A stretch of DNA of 64,000 nucleotides from Candidatus Zixiibacteriota bacterium (GCA_050117845.1 JASFLY010000008.1:40273-104272); one strand, 5' to 3'; positions 33,002 to 42,996 are shown, numbered from the stretch's first letter. Made by a program: numbers and translations. Notes: a model not told the origin generated them from the sequence alone.

Positions 33002-35497
33002 ATGGAAGAATACTTCTCGAATCGCGCCCAGGAGGCCGTACGCTCCGCGCAGGAGACGGCCAAGGCCCTGGGCGCCGGCCAGATTGGAACCGACCACCTC
33101 CTCGTCGGCATCGCCCGCGACCGCGGCTCCATCGCCGCCCGGGCCCTCGGCGCCGTCGGCCTCGACTTCGACCGCCTGACCGCCGCCGTCCAGCAGCTCG
33201 CGCCGTCAAGGCCGGGAGCGGAGCCGGGCGCCGTCATCGAGTTCGCCCCCGACGCCAAGCGCGCCATCCAGCACGCCGTGGACGAGGCCCAGCGCCTCAA
33301 GGCCCAGCTCGTCGGGACCGAACACCTGCTGCTGGGCGTCCTGCACGAGACCGCCGGGGCGGGTGTCAAGGTCCTCGTCTCCTCCGGCGCGGACCCGAAG
33401 GTCGTCGCCGACAAGTGCTACGAACTCATGGGCGCGACGCCTTCCGGCGCGTTCGGCGCCGACGCCGACTCCAAGACGCCGGCGCTCGACGCCTTCGGCC
33501 GGGACCTGACCGCGCTCGCCCGCGACGGCAAGCTCGACCCCGTCATAGGCCGGGACAAGGAGATAGAGCGCTGCATCCAGATCCTCTCCCGCCGCACCAA
33601 GAACAACCCCGTCCTCATCGGCGACCCGGGCGTGGGGAAGACCGCCATCGTCGAGGGCCTGGCCCAGGCCATAGCCGGCCGCCAGGTCCCCGAGATCCTG
33701 GTGGATAAAAAAGTAATCCAGCTCGACCTCGCCGGCCTCGTGGCCGGAACGAAGTTCCGCGGCGAGTTCGAGGAACGCCTGAAGAGCGTCGTCGACGAGA
33801 TAATCGCCGGCGGCGACGTCATACTCTTCATCGACGAGATGCACACCCTCGTCGGCGCGGGGGCGGCCGAGGGCGCCATCGACGCCGCCAACATCCTCAA
33901 GCCGGCGCTGGCCCGGGGCGAGCTCCAGGCCGTGGGGGCGACCACCCTCGACGAGTACCGCAAGTACGTCGAGAAGGACGCCGCGCTCGAGCGCCGCTTC
34001 CAGCCCGTCATCGTCGACGAGCCGTCGGTAGATGAGACCATCGCCATCCTGGAGGGCCTGCGGGACCGCTACGCCGCCCACCATCACGTGACCATTTCGG
34101 ACGAGGCGCTGGCCGCGGCGGCCCGCCTCTCCGCCCGCTACATCGCCGACCGCTTCCTCCCCGACAAGGCCATAGACCTCATCGACGAGGCCTCGGCCAA
34201 GGTCCACCTGGCGAATCTCACCATCCCGCCGGACCTCGCCGCCACGCAGGCCGAGGTCGACCGCCTCAACCGGGAGAAGGAGGAGGCCATCGCCCGCAAC
34301 GACTTCGAGGCCGCGAACCAGGCCCACGTCAAGGCGCTGGAACTACAGGCCAAGCTGGACGGCGCCCGGGCGGAGTGGGAACGCGTCAAGGCCGAGAAGC
34401 AGGAAGAGGCGGTCGTAACGCGGGAGCACGTGGCCGAGGTCCTCTCCAGCTGGACGGGGATACCCGTGTCCGAGCTGACCGAGGAGGAACAGGCGCGGCT
34501 CCTTCGGATGGAGGATGAACTGCACCGCCGCCTCGTCGATCAGGAGGAGGCCGTACGGACGGTGTCGCAGGCGGTGCGGAGCGCCCGGGCGGGGCTAAAA
34601 GACCCCAACCAGCCGGTGGGGACCTTCATCTTCCTGGGACCCACGGGCGTGGGCAAGACCGAACTCGCGAAAGCGCTGGCCGAGTTCCTCTACGGCGACG
34701 AGGAAGCCATCATCCGCATCGACATGTCGGAGTACCAGGAACGCCACACGGTCTCGCGGCTCGTCGGCGCGCCGCCGGGGTACGTCGGCTACGAGGAGGG
34801 CGGCCAGTTAACGGAGCGCGTGCGGCGGCGTCCCTACTCCGTTATATTGTTGGATGAAATAGAAAAGGCTCACCCCGACGTCTTCAACATCCTGCTGCAG
34901 GTGATGGACGACGGCCGCCTGACCGACAGCCACGGCAAGACGGTGGACTTCAAGAACGCCCTGCTCATCATGACCTCCAACGTCGGCGCCGACCGGATAA
35001 TGAAGCTCTCGGAGCGGGCCCAAGTGGACAAGGAAGCGGCCCTCTACGAGAAGATGAAGGAGGAGGTCTTCGAGGAGGTCAAGGCGGTATTCCGGCCCGA
35101 GTTTATAAACCGCGTCGACGACGTCATCGTCTTCCACGCGCTGAGCCGCGAGGACCTGGTGCAGATAGTAGACCTGTTGGTGGCCAAGGTGCGGCGCCGG
35201 CTGGCCGACCAGGAGATGGACCTGGAGGTCTCGCCGGAGGCCCGGGAGCACCTGGCCGAGGAGGGTTACGACCCGGCCTTCGGCGCCAGGCCGCTGCGCC
35301 GCCTCATAACCCGCGTGCTGGCCAACCCCATCGCCAACCGCATCCTCAACCGCGACTTCGGCCCGGGCGACACCATCGAGGTAGGCTTCAAGGACGGCGA
35401 GCTAACGTTAAATAAAAGTAAAACGAAGAAGGCCAAGGTAGATACTAAGAAGGAAGCGGACGGAGAGGAAGTCATCGAGGGCGAAGTGGTGGACTGA
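33002..35497 (+). CDS. clpC: ATP-dependent Clp protease ATPase subunit, ClpC type
   Basis: Two Clp-N repeats, GDPGVGKT and GPTGVGKT, short UVR-like middle domain. Confidence 0.93.
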   Translation: MEEYFSNRAQEAVRSAQETAKALGAGQIGTDHLLVGIARDRGSIAARALGAVGLDFDRLTAAVQQLAPSRPGAEPGAVIEFAPDAKRAIQHAVDEAQRLKAQLVGTEHLLLGVLHETAGAGVKVLVSSGADPKVVADKCYELMGATPSGAFGADADSKTPALDAFGRDLTALARDGKLDPVIGRDKEIERCIQILSRRTKNNPVLIGDPGVGKTAIVEGLAQAIAGRQVPEILVDKKVIQLDLAGLVAGTKFRGEFEERLKSVVDEIIAGGDVILFIDEMHTLVGAGAAEGAIDAANILKPALARGELQAVGATTLDEYRKYVEKDAALERRFQPVIVDEPSVDETIAILEGLRDRYAAHHHVTISDEALAAAARLSARYIADRFLPDKAIDLIDEASAKVHLANLTIPPDLAATQAEVDRLNREKEEAIARNDFEAANQAHVKALELQAKLDGARAEWERVKAEKQEEAVVTREHVAEVLSSWTGIPVSELTEEEQARLLRMEDELHRRLVDQEEAVRTVSQAVRSARAGLKDPNQPVGTFIFLGPTGVGKTELAKALAEFLYGDEEAIIRIDMSEYQERHTVSRLVGAPPGYVGYEEGGQLTERVRRRPYSVILLDEIEKAHPDVFNILLQVMDDGRLTDSHGKTVDFKNALLIMTSNVGADRIMKLSERAQVDKEAALYEKMKEEVFEEVKAVFRPEFINRVDDVIVFHALSREDLVQIVDLLVAKVRRRLADQEMDLEVSPEAREHLAEEGYDPAFGARPLRRLITRVLANPIANRILNRDFGPGDTIEVGFKDGELTLNKSKTKKAKVDTKKEADGEEVIEGEVVD

Positions 35498-35533
35498 GGT
35501 AGTCCGCCGGATAATCCGAAGGGGGTACGAACG

Positions 35534-36124
35534 ATGCGTATAGTAATCGCGGTAGCGGCGGCGTGGGCCGTCGCGGTAGGCGTGGGGACGGCCAAGGATT
35601 TCGTGAACGAGGATTTCGAAGGGACGTTTCCCCCGCCGGGGTGGACCACTTTCTACGAGGGCACCGGCGACGCCAGTTGGTCGCTCGCTTACGGCGGGCC
35701 GGGGGGCCGGTACGCCCTCGGGGGGACCTCCAGTTGGGAGCAAGGGTTGGTCCGGGCCACGTTCATGTCTCCCGAATTCGAAGTCAAGGCCAACACGCGC
35801 GTCTATTACCGGTTCGATTACGACCACCACGAGAACGGCCACAGCGGCGGCGGGGCCGATTTTTATATTACGTACGTCCAACCGTCCCAGGGCAACCTGG
35901 TTTACGTGCCGCTGGAGTCGACGTCCGATTGGGAGGAGCGCAGCGGAGACCTCAAAAACGACCTCAACGCGACCGCGAAGGCCTGCTGGCGGGTATGGAC
36001 GACCAATTACTGGCGCTACCATTTCTCCTTCCTCATGGTCGACGGCGTGATTATCTCGGACGACGCGCGCTACCCGGGCGTGGAGCCGAATTCGCTGGGC
36101 CGGGTCAAGGCGCTGTTCCGGTAG
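35534..36124 (+). CDS. Secreted hypothetical protein with conserved C-terminal motif
   Basis: Signal peptide; EDFEGTFPPPGW; ends VEPNSLGRVKALFR. Confidence 0.8.
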   Translation: MRIVIAVAAAWAVAVGVGTAKDFVNEDFEGTFPPPGWTTFYEGTGDASWSLAYGGPGGRYALGGTSSWEQGLVRATFMSPEFEVKANTRVYYRFDYDHHENGHSGGGADFYITYVQPSQGNLVYVPLESTSDWEERSGDLKNDLNATAKACWRVWTTNYWRYHFSFLMVDGVIISDDARYPGVEPNSLGRVKALFR

Positions 36125-36208
36125 GGAGAAGTCCGAAAGAAGAGGAAGCAATCCGCCCGGGGGGCCGCGGCGGGAGGTTAAACGTAACGAAATCGAAGGG
36201 GGAACGAG

Positions 36209-36781
36209 ATGAGGCGGGGAAAAGTATTAACGGCGATCGTGGCGTCGGCGCTGGCGGCGGGTGCCGCCTCGGCTACGACGTACCTGGACGAGGACTTCCA
36301 CGCGAACCAGATGCCGACCGGATGGTCGGCCAAGACGAGCGGAAGCGGATCCGTCGCTTACGGGTTTATCTACGAGGAATATACGGCGTCAGTTCTGGTA
36401 AACGACGGGCAAGCCGGTACGGTGGAGTTAACGTCGTTCGAGATGACGGTGCCCGCGGGCACTTTGTATTACTCGTTCGAATACTACTCGTACGCCATGG
36501 GCTCGGGCACTATCCGGGGGGAGTTCGCCGCGGAATACGCGGGGACCTCGACCGAAATCTACCGCGACTCGTTGTCCGGCGGCAGCCGGCACGTCGAGGC
36601 CGGGTCGTTTTACGTCGCCGAGCCGGGGACGATAGTAGTGGTCTGGGTATACCGCGGCGGCGCGGCTCCGGGGCGGTACGCGGAAGGCGAGATGTTCATG
36701 GATGACGCCGTCATAACGGACGTGCCGAACGCGGGCGTGGACCCCAGCTCGCTCGGCCGCGTCCGGGCGCTGTTCCGGTAA
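36209..36781 (+). CDS. Secreted hypothetical protein with conserved C-terminal motif
   Basis: Signal peptide; EDF...PTGW; ends VDPSSLGRVRALFR. Confidence 0.8.
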   Translation: MRRGKVLTAIVASALAAGAASATTYLDEDFHANQMPTGWSAKTSGSGSVAYGFIYEEYTASVLVNDGQAGTVELTSFEMTVPAGTLYYSFEYYSYAMGSGTIRGEFAAEYAGTSTEIYRDSLSGGSRHVEAGSFYVAEPGTIVVVWVYRGGAAPGRYAEGEMFMDDAVITDVPNAGVDPSSLGRVRALFR

Positions 36782-36830
36782 GCGGTGGCCGAAAGCACTT
36801 TCATTAATCCCGGGTTCCAAGGAGGAATCA

Positions 36831-37484
36831 ATGGCCGACTACGACACGGAGCAGGTGCATAAGGACACCATCGAGTATTATCGGCTGACGCTGGCCCAGC
36901 ACGAGAAGGACCCCCACGCCGTCGAGACGGCGAAGGCCGACCGGGCCGTCCTCGAGATGGTCCGCGAGACCCCCGGCGTCGTCGAGATGAACAGCAAGAT
37001 GATGGAAGGGGGCCTCGCGTTCGCCGTCGCTCGGGCGATGTCGGTGGACGGCGCCAACTTCCAGGCCGACGTATACGAGGAACTCGAGGAGGGGCCGTTG
37101 GCCGAACGCTGGCGCGCTCGCGCCGGGGCCCTGGCGGCCTCCGGCGACATGAACGAGCTCTACGCTATCTCCGAGAAGATGGACGCGGAGGAAGCCCCGA
37201 CCAAGGAGAACGAGAGCCGGGCCAAATCGCTCATCCCGACGATTATCGAGAAGCTGCTTTTGGTGGAGGCGAGCCCGCCCGGCACCGGCCTCGACGAGCA
37301 GCCGATGACGACGCTCACGGCCTCGCTCGACGAACTGGCCCAGCGGTTCCCCGGCGTTCGCTTCCCGGACGCGCTCGACCTGCCGCGCTTCCGTACCCGG
37401 CTGGTCTATTCCGATGGGCAGATTAAAAGGCTGGTCGAGCTGTTCGAGAAAGTCAATGCCGAACGGCTGGGGGGGCGGTACTAA
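36831..37484 (+). CDS. Hypothetical protein
   Basis: AGGAGG SD, host-like codon usage, stop overlaps the next ATG. Confidence 0.75.
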   Translation: MADYDTEQVHKDTIEYYRLTLAQHEKDPHAVETAKADRAVLEMVRETPGVVEMNSKMMEGGLAFAVARAMSVDGANFQADVYEELEEGPLAERWRARAGALAASGDMNELYAISEKMDAEEAPTKENESRAKSLIPTIIEKLLLVEASPPGTGLDEQPMTTLTASLDELAQRFPGVRFPDALDLPRFRTRLVYSDGQIKRLVELFEKVNAERLGGRY

Positions 37485-38989
37485 TGGATCCGGGCGTGAA
37501 GCAGATGATCGACGGCCTCAAGATGGGAGTGGACGCCCAGTCCTCGATGGTCAGCGACAAAAGTAGGTTGGACGACGTTCGGGCCGTAATAGGCCGGATG
37601 GAAGAGGTCGCCGCCGAGCCGGGCATGGATATGATGAAGTTCCAGGAGCGCATAAACGCCGAGGGCCTGATGGATAAATACGGCCAGGCCATGGCCGCCC
37701 TCAGCGAGGTACAGGTCGCGGCGATGGACCAGAAGATAGAGGAGATGGAGGATTACGCCGCGGAAGCGAAGCCGATCGACCTCGAGACGCTGGACATCAC
37801 CGATATCGAAATCGTCCTCGGCCCCCACCGCCAGGTATACAACACGACCGTGAAGGACAACGATACGCTGCCGCACCAGAAGGCCGCGTACGAGGCGTTC
37901 TTCGCGCTGGGGAAAGAGTGCGCGACCATTCCCGAGTTCAACCGCCGGTCCAAGGCCGAGGGCTACCAGGACCAGCTGGGCCTCGCCGGCGTCTGGGACG
38001 GCAATTACAACACCTTCCGGCTGGAGGTGACGCACAAACAGCCGGACATGATAACGTACGGCCTGGACGCGCTCACCGCCGTCGGCGATTACCCTTCCCC
38101 GGAAATGCTGGCCTACGCGCTCAACCGCCTCGCTCTTCTCAACGAGCGGACCCTCGCGCGGCGGGCCAGTCTCTTCGAACCGTTCAACGGCTTCGGCGGC
38201 GAATTGTCGTCGTACCTCATCCTCGTACATACGGAGGAGCAGCGGCAGAAGGTCGTCAACATGTACGGCCTGCAGGAGGAGTTCACCGGCCTCGATTTCG
38301 ACGCGGCGACGTACCATCCCTACTTCCGCCAACTCCTGGTGCTGGACGACGCCCGCCAGCGCGGCGAGCTGGGCCCCGACTACCTGGGCGTCATCCCCTT
38401 CCTCCGGGCCGGCTGGTTCACCGACGCCTGCCTCTCGCCCGAGGAGAAGAAGGCCTTCGCGGATAAGAAAGAGATCCCTCGGCCTCCCGCCCTCCGCTAC
38501 CCGTATCGCACCGGGCCGGTGGGCGGCGTCAACGTGACGCTGGCGGAACCGCCGTTCGCGAACCCCTTCGACTCGCCCTTCCCGGCCCGCGTGACCATAA
38601 CGAACAAGGCCGCCGAGGGCCGGCCCCTGGATACGACCAAGGGCCTGCGCATGTGGGTCTTCACCGAGGACGGCGCCGAGGCAAAGAAGGTGCCGGTGGA
38701 GCTGCCGGCCGAACTCGCGCCGGGGGCCTCGGAGACGGTCGAGGGCGACCTCTTCGCGTGGGGCCTGCCGCAGGAGGAGAAGCTGTTCATGGTGGCCTTC
38801 GACGTCGGCGTAGAGGGCAACCACAAGTGCGACCTGGCCGAGAAGTACGGCAATCCGGAGGGCCTTACGCCGCCGATGATTCCGGACTTCTTTTTGGAGC
38901 CTTTCGAAGGCGGCGCCGCGACCGAACCGGCCTTCGTAATGCCGCACCGGCCCGTCCCGGCGTACCCGTTCCCGATGCCGATAGAGTAG
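37484..38989 (+). CDS. Hypothetical protein (helical N-terminus, Ig-like C-terminus)
   Basis: 501-aa ORF with host-like codon usage; translationally coupled by TAATG. Confidence 0.75.
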   Translation: MDPGVKQMIDGLKMGVDAQSSMVSDKSRLDDVRAVIGRMEEVAAEPGMDMMKFQERINAEGLMDKYGQAMAALSEVQVAAMDQKIEEMEDYAAEAKPIDLETLDITDIEIVLGPHRQVYNTTVKDNDTLPHQKAAYEAFFALGKECATIPEFNRRSKAEGYQDQLGLAGVWDGNYNTFRLEVTHKQPDMITYGLDALTAVGDYPSPEMLAYALNRLALLNERTLARRASLFEPFNGFGGELSSYLILVHTEEQRQKVVNMYGLQEEFTGLDFDAATYHPYFRQLLVLDDARQRGELGPDYLGVIPFLRAGWFTDACLSPEEKKAFADKKEIPRPPALRYPYRTGPVGGVNVTLAEPPFANPFDSPFPARVTITNKAAEGRPLDTTKGLRMWVFTEDGAEAKKVPVELPAELAPGASETVEGDLFAWGLPQEEKLFMVAFDVGVEGNHKCDLAEKYGNPEGLTPPMIPDFFLEPFEGGAATEPAFVMPHRPVPAYPFPMPIE

Positions 38990-39054
38990 GGAAAAACCGC
39001 CTAAAAAGCGTAACGGCCATCCCCGGCCGGCAACTAATAAGGCACCGGTCAAGG

Positions 39055-39113
39055 GGGAAATAGAATCGTCCGCTTCCGGTAAAAAAGCCGCCCCGACGGG
39101 GGCGGCTTTAATA
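39055..39113 (+). repeat. 59-bp direct repeat, copy 1 (contains a terminator hairpin)
   Basis: Identical to 39552-39610. Confidence 0.95.
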
Positions 39114-39182
39114 AAACCGAGTTAATCCACGTTAATTTAACGAGGCCGACGTTAGTAGCGGTGAATAAGGGAGGTTCGCGTT

Positions 39183-39560
39183 ACGAAGTATCTATTAATG
39201 GGATTACCTATCGCACTTATCGCTGTACTGATATCCTCTTGTGATGGGCCCACTTACGTTTACGCACGGCCCAGTATCCAAAGCGTTAGCGAAAACGGAG
39301 GAACCATCGAGGTCAGTTGGGAAGCGTTTAACACGGTACAATCTATTAAACGATATAGTTGGTGCGAACTTAAAGGAGGATGGGATTTCGATTTCGAAGA
39401 CGCCGTTAAAAGCAGCATGTACTACGTAGACGATTCTAATTTAGTGCCCGGTACGACGTACGGGTATACCGTCTACGACGGGATTGAAGAATCGGGATTG
39501 AGGAGTATTAATTACAGAGGACCGAGGGCCGTTAAGGATGACACCAACCAAGGGAAATAG
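39183..39560 (+). CDS. AT-rich lipoprotein, fibronectin type III-like
   Basis: Lipobox ISSC; VSW...YYVDDSNLVPGTTYGYTV; start is either ACG 39183 or ATG 39198. Confidence 0.65.
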   Translation, partial: TKYLLMGLPIALIAVLISSCDGPTYVYARPSIQSVSENGGTIEVSWEAFNTVQSIKRYSWCELKGGWDFDFEDAVKSSMYYVDDSNLVPGTTYGYTVYDGIEESGLRSINYRGPRAVKDDTNQGK

Positions 39561-39610
39561 AATCGTCCGCTTCCGGTAAAAAAGCCGCCCCGACGGGGGC
39601 GGCTTTAATA
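39552..39610 (+). repeat. 59-bp direct repeat, copy 2
   Basis: Identical to 39055-39113. Confidence 0.95.
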
Positions 39611-39634
39611 TTGGGACAGGGCGGCGTTAGAAGC

Positions 39635-39661
39635 AAAACCGCCCCCTCGCGGGGGCGGTTT
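39635..39661 (-). terminator. Terminator of the selenoprotein gene
   Basis: AAACCGCCCC-CGCGAG-GGGGCGGTTTT on the minus strand. Confidence 0.7.
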
Positions 39662-39683
39662 ACGCTAAAGAGGTGATCGTGTA

Positions 39684-40436
39684 TTATCGGAACAGCGCCT
39701 TGACGCGGCCCACGGACGAGGGCGTTACGCCCACGCCTTCCTCTAGCATCGTCGACCGGGCTTGCTTTACTTCCTTCCCGGTCTGGTCCTGAACGAAGAC
39801 CGAGACGCCGAGGTTGGCTGCGTTCCAGGTCGGGTCCAGCGCGAAAGTTGTTCCGATTTCCTCGGTCTCGTTGGCGGACGAGACCGTCACGTCCTTGGTT
39901 GCGAAGCGCCGCTCGACAAAGCGATAATGGCCGCCTACCTGGTCCTCCCATAATACGAAGTGGCAGACGTGGCCTGCGGCCAGGGCTTCCTCGAGGGTAA
40001 GCTTAACCATTACCGAGGCCTTGTTATCGCCGTAGCTCTTGTGGACGAACTCTATCGTCAGCGGACTGGCGGCGAAACGCCGGATGTTGAATGAACTCAT
40101 GTACCAGGTGTACATTTCGTCGTTGTTGGTGTACGCGCCGCGGTGCGACAAGACGCCGTCGAACCAGGTCCAGGGATATGCGTTCACGCCGTAATAACCG
40201 GCGCGTGCCTGGGCTTCCGGCGTTACGTACAAACTCCCGCCCCTGCTATACCAGGATACGGGAGCGAACTTATCGGGGCCCTGCTCGTCGTAGATCCTAC
40301 CCATCGCGTATTCTGCGAAGGGACAGTAGCCTCAATTCGTGCCCGTGAAGAACTCGGCCACGACGCCCCGTTCGGCGGCCAACGTCGGCAGCGATGCCAG
40401 CAAGAGGAGTGCGATAATCCCAAACGTCTTTTTCAT
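39684..40436 (-). CDS. Probable selenoprotein: secreted Omp28-like thioredoxin-fold protein with UxxC motif (250 aa)
   Basis: SD AAGGAG and ATG 40436 give MKKTFGIIALLLLASLPTLAAERGVVAEFFTGTN-TGA(40334-40332)-GYCPF, in frame with the 39684-40304 ORF. The TGA aligns with Cys in both paralogs (FTATWCGYCP, FTASWCGYCP). Ends VTPSSVGRVKALFR. Confidence 0.85.
40299..40323 (-). promoter_or_regulatory. Candidate bacterial SECIS hairpin
   Basis: CCC-U-UCGC[AGAAUAC]GCGA-U-GGG; the loop starts 17 nt after the UGA and has G at loop position 2. The Cys paralogs differ in sequence here. Confidence 0.55.
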
Positions 40437-40481
40437 CGTTCGGCTCCTTCGTTTGAGTAATTACTACCGTTTCTCTTATAT

Positions 40482-40511
40482 ATAATAAACTGTTTTAACT
40501 CCCGAAGTCAA
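40482..40511 (-). promoter_or_regulatory. Promoter of the selenoprotein gene (short UTR, no leader ORF)
   Basis: TTGACT-18nt-TATTAT. Confidence 0.55.
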
Positions 40512-40697
40512 GCGCAATCGGCCCGTGCGGCGGCCGTCCCTCCACCGTCGCCGCTACCGAGGTAAGGGGCCGGATACGGCGCAGGTAGCGCCTCGACGTC
40601 CAAATTCCGGATATATTATAACCGAAATAGTCATTGACGACAAGTTGTGGGCGATGTAAATGATTTAAAGGGACTTCGCGGTTCTGCTCGAGCCGGT

Positions 40698-40775
40698 AAA
40701 AGAGAGGGCCGCCCAAAAGGACGGCTCTCTCGGTTTAGGGAGGGAGGGTTCTCGGTCGGGCTAATCTCCTCCTTG
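40698..40775 (-). ncRNA. Candidate small RNA A
   Basis: Promoter TTGACT(40809-40804)-17-TAATAT, motif GAACCCTCCCTCCCTA, terminator GAGAGCCGTCC-TTTT-GGGCGGCCCTC-TCTTTT; no ORF. Confidence 0.55.
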
Positions 40776-40857
40776 CTTATATATTATCAAATTGGTCATA
40801 TAAAGTCAAGGAAAAAAGCGCGATCCCGAGTTATATTCTTAAACCCCGTTTCCCGAA

Positions 40858-40886
40858 AGGAAACCGCCCCCAAAGGGGCGGTTTCC
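40858..40886 (-). terminator. Terminator of Cys paralog 1
   Basis: GGAAACCGCCCC-TTTG-GGGGCGGTTTCC followed by TTT. Confidence 0.75.
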
Positions 40887-40910
40887 ATAACGGAGGAGAC
40901 TCGATCAATC

Positions 40911-41675
40911 TTAACGGAAAAGGGTCTTTACTTTACCGAGGGACGTCGGCACGACGCTGACGCCCTCCTCGAGCATTTTGGCCCGGGCCTGTTTTATCTC
41001 TTTAGTCGTCGGGTCCTGGACGAATACCGAGATGCCGAGGTCCGCCGTCTTCCAGGCGCCGTCGAGCGTGAACGTTACGCCGATTTCCTCGGACTCGTTG
41101 GCGGCGCTTACCGTGACGTCCTTCGTTTCGAGTTTACGGGATACGAAACGATAATCATGGCCGCCGTAGGACAGGTTGTCTTCCCATAGTACGAAGTGGC
41201 AGGCGTGGCCCGCGGCCAGGGCTTCCTCGAGGGTCAGGTTAACCATGACCGAGGCCTTACCCTCGCCGTAACTGAAGTGGACGAACTCGATGGTGAGGGG
41301 GCTGGCGGCGGCCCGCCGGATGTTGAACGAACTCATGTACCAGGTGTACATCTCCTCGTTACTCGTGTACGCGCCGCGGTGAGAAATGCTGCCGTCGCAC
41401 CAGGCCCACGGGTAAGCGGTAACACCATAATAACCCTTCCGCGCCTCAGCATCGACCGTATACCACATTCCGCTCGAGGAGGCGTGCCAGGCTACGGGGG
41501 CCCACTTGTCGGGGCCCTGTTCGTCGTATATGCGGTTCAAAGCGTAGTTCGCGTACGGACAGTATCCGCACCAGGTAGCGGTGAACAGTTCCATTGCGAC
41601 GCCGCGTTCCGCGGCGTAAAGCGCCGGGGCGCTGAGGGCCAGCGCCACGAGGATAAAAATAACTTTCCGCGCCAT
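40911..41675 (-). CDS. Secreted Omp28-like thioredoxin-fold protein, Cys paralog 1 (CGYC)
   Basis: Signal peptide; ELFTATWCGYCP, YYGVTAYP; ends VVPTSLGKVKTLFR. Confidence 0.88.
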   Translation of the reverse strand: MARKVIFILVALALSAPALYAAERGVAMELFTATWCGYCPYANYALNRIYDEQGPDKWAPVAWHASSSGMWYTVDAEARKGYYGVTAYPWAWCDGSISHRGAYTSNEEMYTWYMSSFNIRRAAASPLTIEFVHFSYGEGKASVMVNLTLEEALAAGHACHFVLWEDNLSYGGHDYRFVSRKLETKDVTVSAANESEEIGVTFTLDGAWKTADLGISVFVQDPTTKEIKQARAKMLEEGVSVVPTSLGKVKTLFR

Positions 41676-41748
41676 TACGGCTCCTTTCGTAATTCATTAC
41701 GGGAGCTTGGCGCGGCGGCAAGGCCGGCTCGCGGGCCGGCGTCATTCT

Positions 41749-41865
41749 CTAATGATCAACGCCCACGCGCCAACTCCTAAGGGGTCCGGGTACCGTCGTC
41801 GTACGAGTCCGTACGATTGTCCGCGGTGCCGTACCTCAGGTTTTTCGGGACACGTGGGATTTCAT
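41749..41865 (-). CDS. Leader peptide 1 with in-frame UGA at codon 10: MKSHVSRKT*GTAPRTIVRTRTTTVPGPLRSWRVGVDH
   Basis: SD GGAGGTGA 41883-41876, ATG 41865, TGA 41838-41836, next in-frame stop TAG 41751-41749; same layout in the second copy. Confidence 0.65.
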
Positions 41866-41898
41866 TTCGTTCTGTTCACCTCCGTTATCTTCCGGTAG

Positions 41899-41927
41899 AG
41901 AATAATTATATCCGCGGCGAAAGTCAA
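41899..41927 (-). promoter_or_regulatory. Promoter for leader 1 and Cys paralog 1
   Basis: TTGACT-17nt-TATTCT. Confidence 0.65.
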
Positions 41928-41998
41928 GCAAAAGAGTCACTATATAGGGGTCGGGGAGGGAGAATTCGGGCCGGGGCGCCGCCTCCCGATACAAACAA

Positions 41999-42026
41999 GG
42001 GAGCCGCCCCCAAAGGGGCGGCTCCC
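41999..42026 (-). terminator. Terminator of Cys paralog 2
   Basis: GGGAGCCGCCCC-TTTG-GGGGCGGCTCCC followed by TTGTTT. Confidence 0.75.
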
Positions 42027-42050
42027 ATAACGGAGGAGACTCTTATATTC

Positions 42051-42806
42051 CTAACGGAAAAGCGTTTTGACCTTGCCGAGGGACGTGGGCACGACGGCGA
42101 CGCCCTCCTCGAGTTTGGTCGCGCGGCCTTGTAGTACCGCCTTGCTGACCAGGTTTTGGACGAAAACGGTGACGCCGAGGTTGGCCTTGTTCCATCCGCT
42201 GTCCAACGTGAAGTCGCGTTTTATTATCTGTTCGTCGTTCGCGTTCGTGGCCGTCAGCGGTTCATAGGAAGAGCCGACCCGCTCGACGTAATTATACAAC
42301 CGGCCCGACGTGATGTCGTCCTCCCAAATCGCGACGTGGACGACGTGGCCTTCGGCGACCGCTTCCTCCAACTTTACTTCCACGGAGACCGATGCTTTTG
42401 TGCCGTCGTACGAGTTGGAGAGGAATTCGATGGTGAGGGGGCTGGGGACGGCGCGGCGGCTATCGTAGTAGGATAGGTAGTTGTTGTATGTGGAAGTACT
42501 GCCGCCGACGACTCGGTATTCCCCGTCGAATACGCAAGTGGGGTAGCCGGTAACGCCGTAGTAACTCAGGCGTGCCGCAGCTTCGGTGGTGTAGAACGGG
42601 TCGCTGGAAGAGGAATGCCAGGCTATCGGTACGAAGTTGTCTATGCCTTTTTCAGTTGCTAAAGTGCCGAGTGCATCGTCGGCGTATGGACAATAACCGC
42701 ACCAGCTGGCGGTGAAGAGTTCGGCGACGACGCCCCTCGTTGCAGCCCAAAGCGGCGTCACGGCTAACAGCGCCGCGCACGTCGCAAAAATAACTTTCCG
42801 CGCCAT
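42051..42806 (-). CDS. Secreted Omp28-like thioredoxin-fold protein, Cys paralog 2 (CGYC)
   Basis: Signal peptide; ELFTASWCGYCP, YYGVTGYPTCVFDG; ends VVPTSLGKVKTLFR. Confidence 0.88.
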   Translation of the reverse strand: MARKVIFATCAALLAVTPLWAATRGVVAELFTASWCGYCPYADDALGTLATEKGIDNFVPIAWHSSSSDPFYTTEAAARLSYYGVTGYPTCVFDGEYRVVGGSTSTYNNYLSYYDSRRAVPSPLTIEFLSNSYDGTKASVSVEVKLEEAVAEGHVVHVAIWEDDITSGRLYNYVERVGSSYEPLTATNANDEQIIKRDFTLDSGWNKANLGVTVFVQNLVSKAVLQGRATKLEEGVAVVPTSLGKVKTLFR

Positions 42807-42879
42807 AACGGCTCCTTTCGTAATACGTTTCAGGAGGATGGCGCGGCGGCAAGGCCGGCTCGCGGGCCGGCGTTATTCC

Positions 42880-42996
42880 CTATTTATGAACGCCCACGCG
42901 CCAACTCCCAAGGGGTTCGGTTACCGTCGTCGTACGAGTCCGTACGACTATCCGGGGTGCCGTACCTCAGGTTTTCTGAGACACGTGGGATTTCAT
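42880..42996 (-). CDS. Leader peptide 2 with in-frame UGA at codon 10: MKSHVSQKT*GTAPRIVVRTRTTTVTEPLGSWRVGVHK
   Basis: SD GGAGGTGA, ATG 42996, TGA 42969-42967, TAG 42882-42880; 12 substitutions and no indels relative to leader 1. Confidence 0.65.

Noticed and set aside
39055..39610. CRISPR array or integron
   Set aside because: Only two long repeats around a gene; no cas genes, integrase or attC consensus.
39684..40304. 206-aa ORF as called in the track, or a pseudogene
   Set aside because: It lacks the signal peptide and redox motif. The upstream in-frame part is intact with an SD, so Sec read-through fits better, though a nonsense mutation is not fully excluded.
40332..40334. Genome-wide UGA reassignment (Trp or Gly) as the explanation for the in-frame TGA
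   Set aside because: Conserved genes here end normally at TGA (clpC, cysS), tRNA-Trp has a CCA anticodon, and the TGA aligns with Cys.
41680..41900. Known metabolite riboswitch in the duplicated leaders
   Set aside because: I recognise no TPP, cobalamin, SAM, FMN, c-di-GMP or T-box consensus; an SD-led ORF explains the layout better. An Rfam search is still needed.
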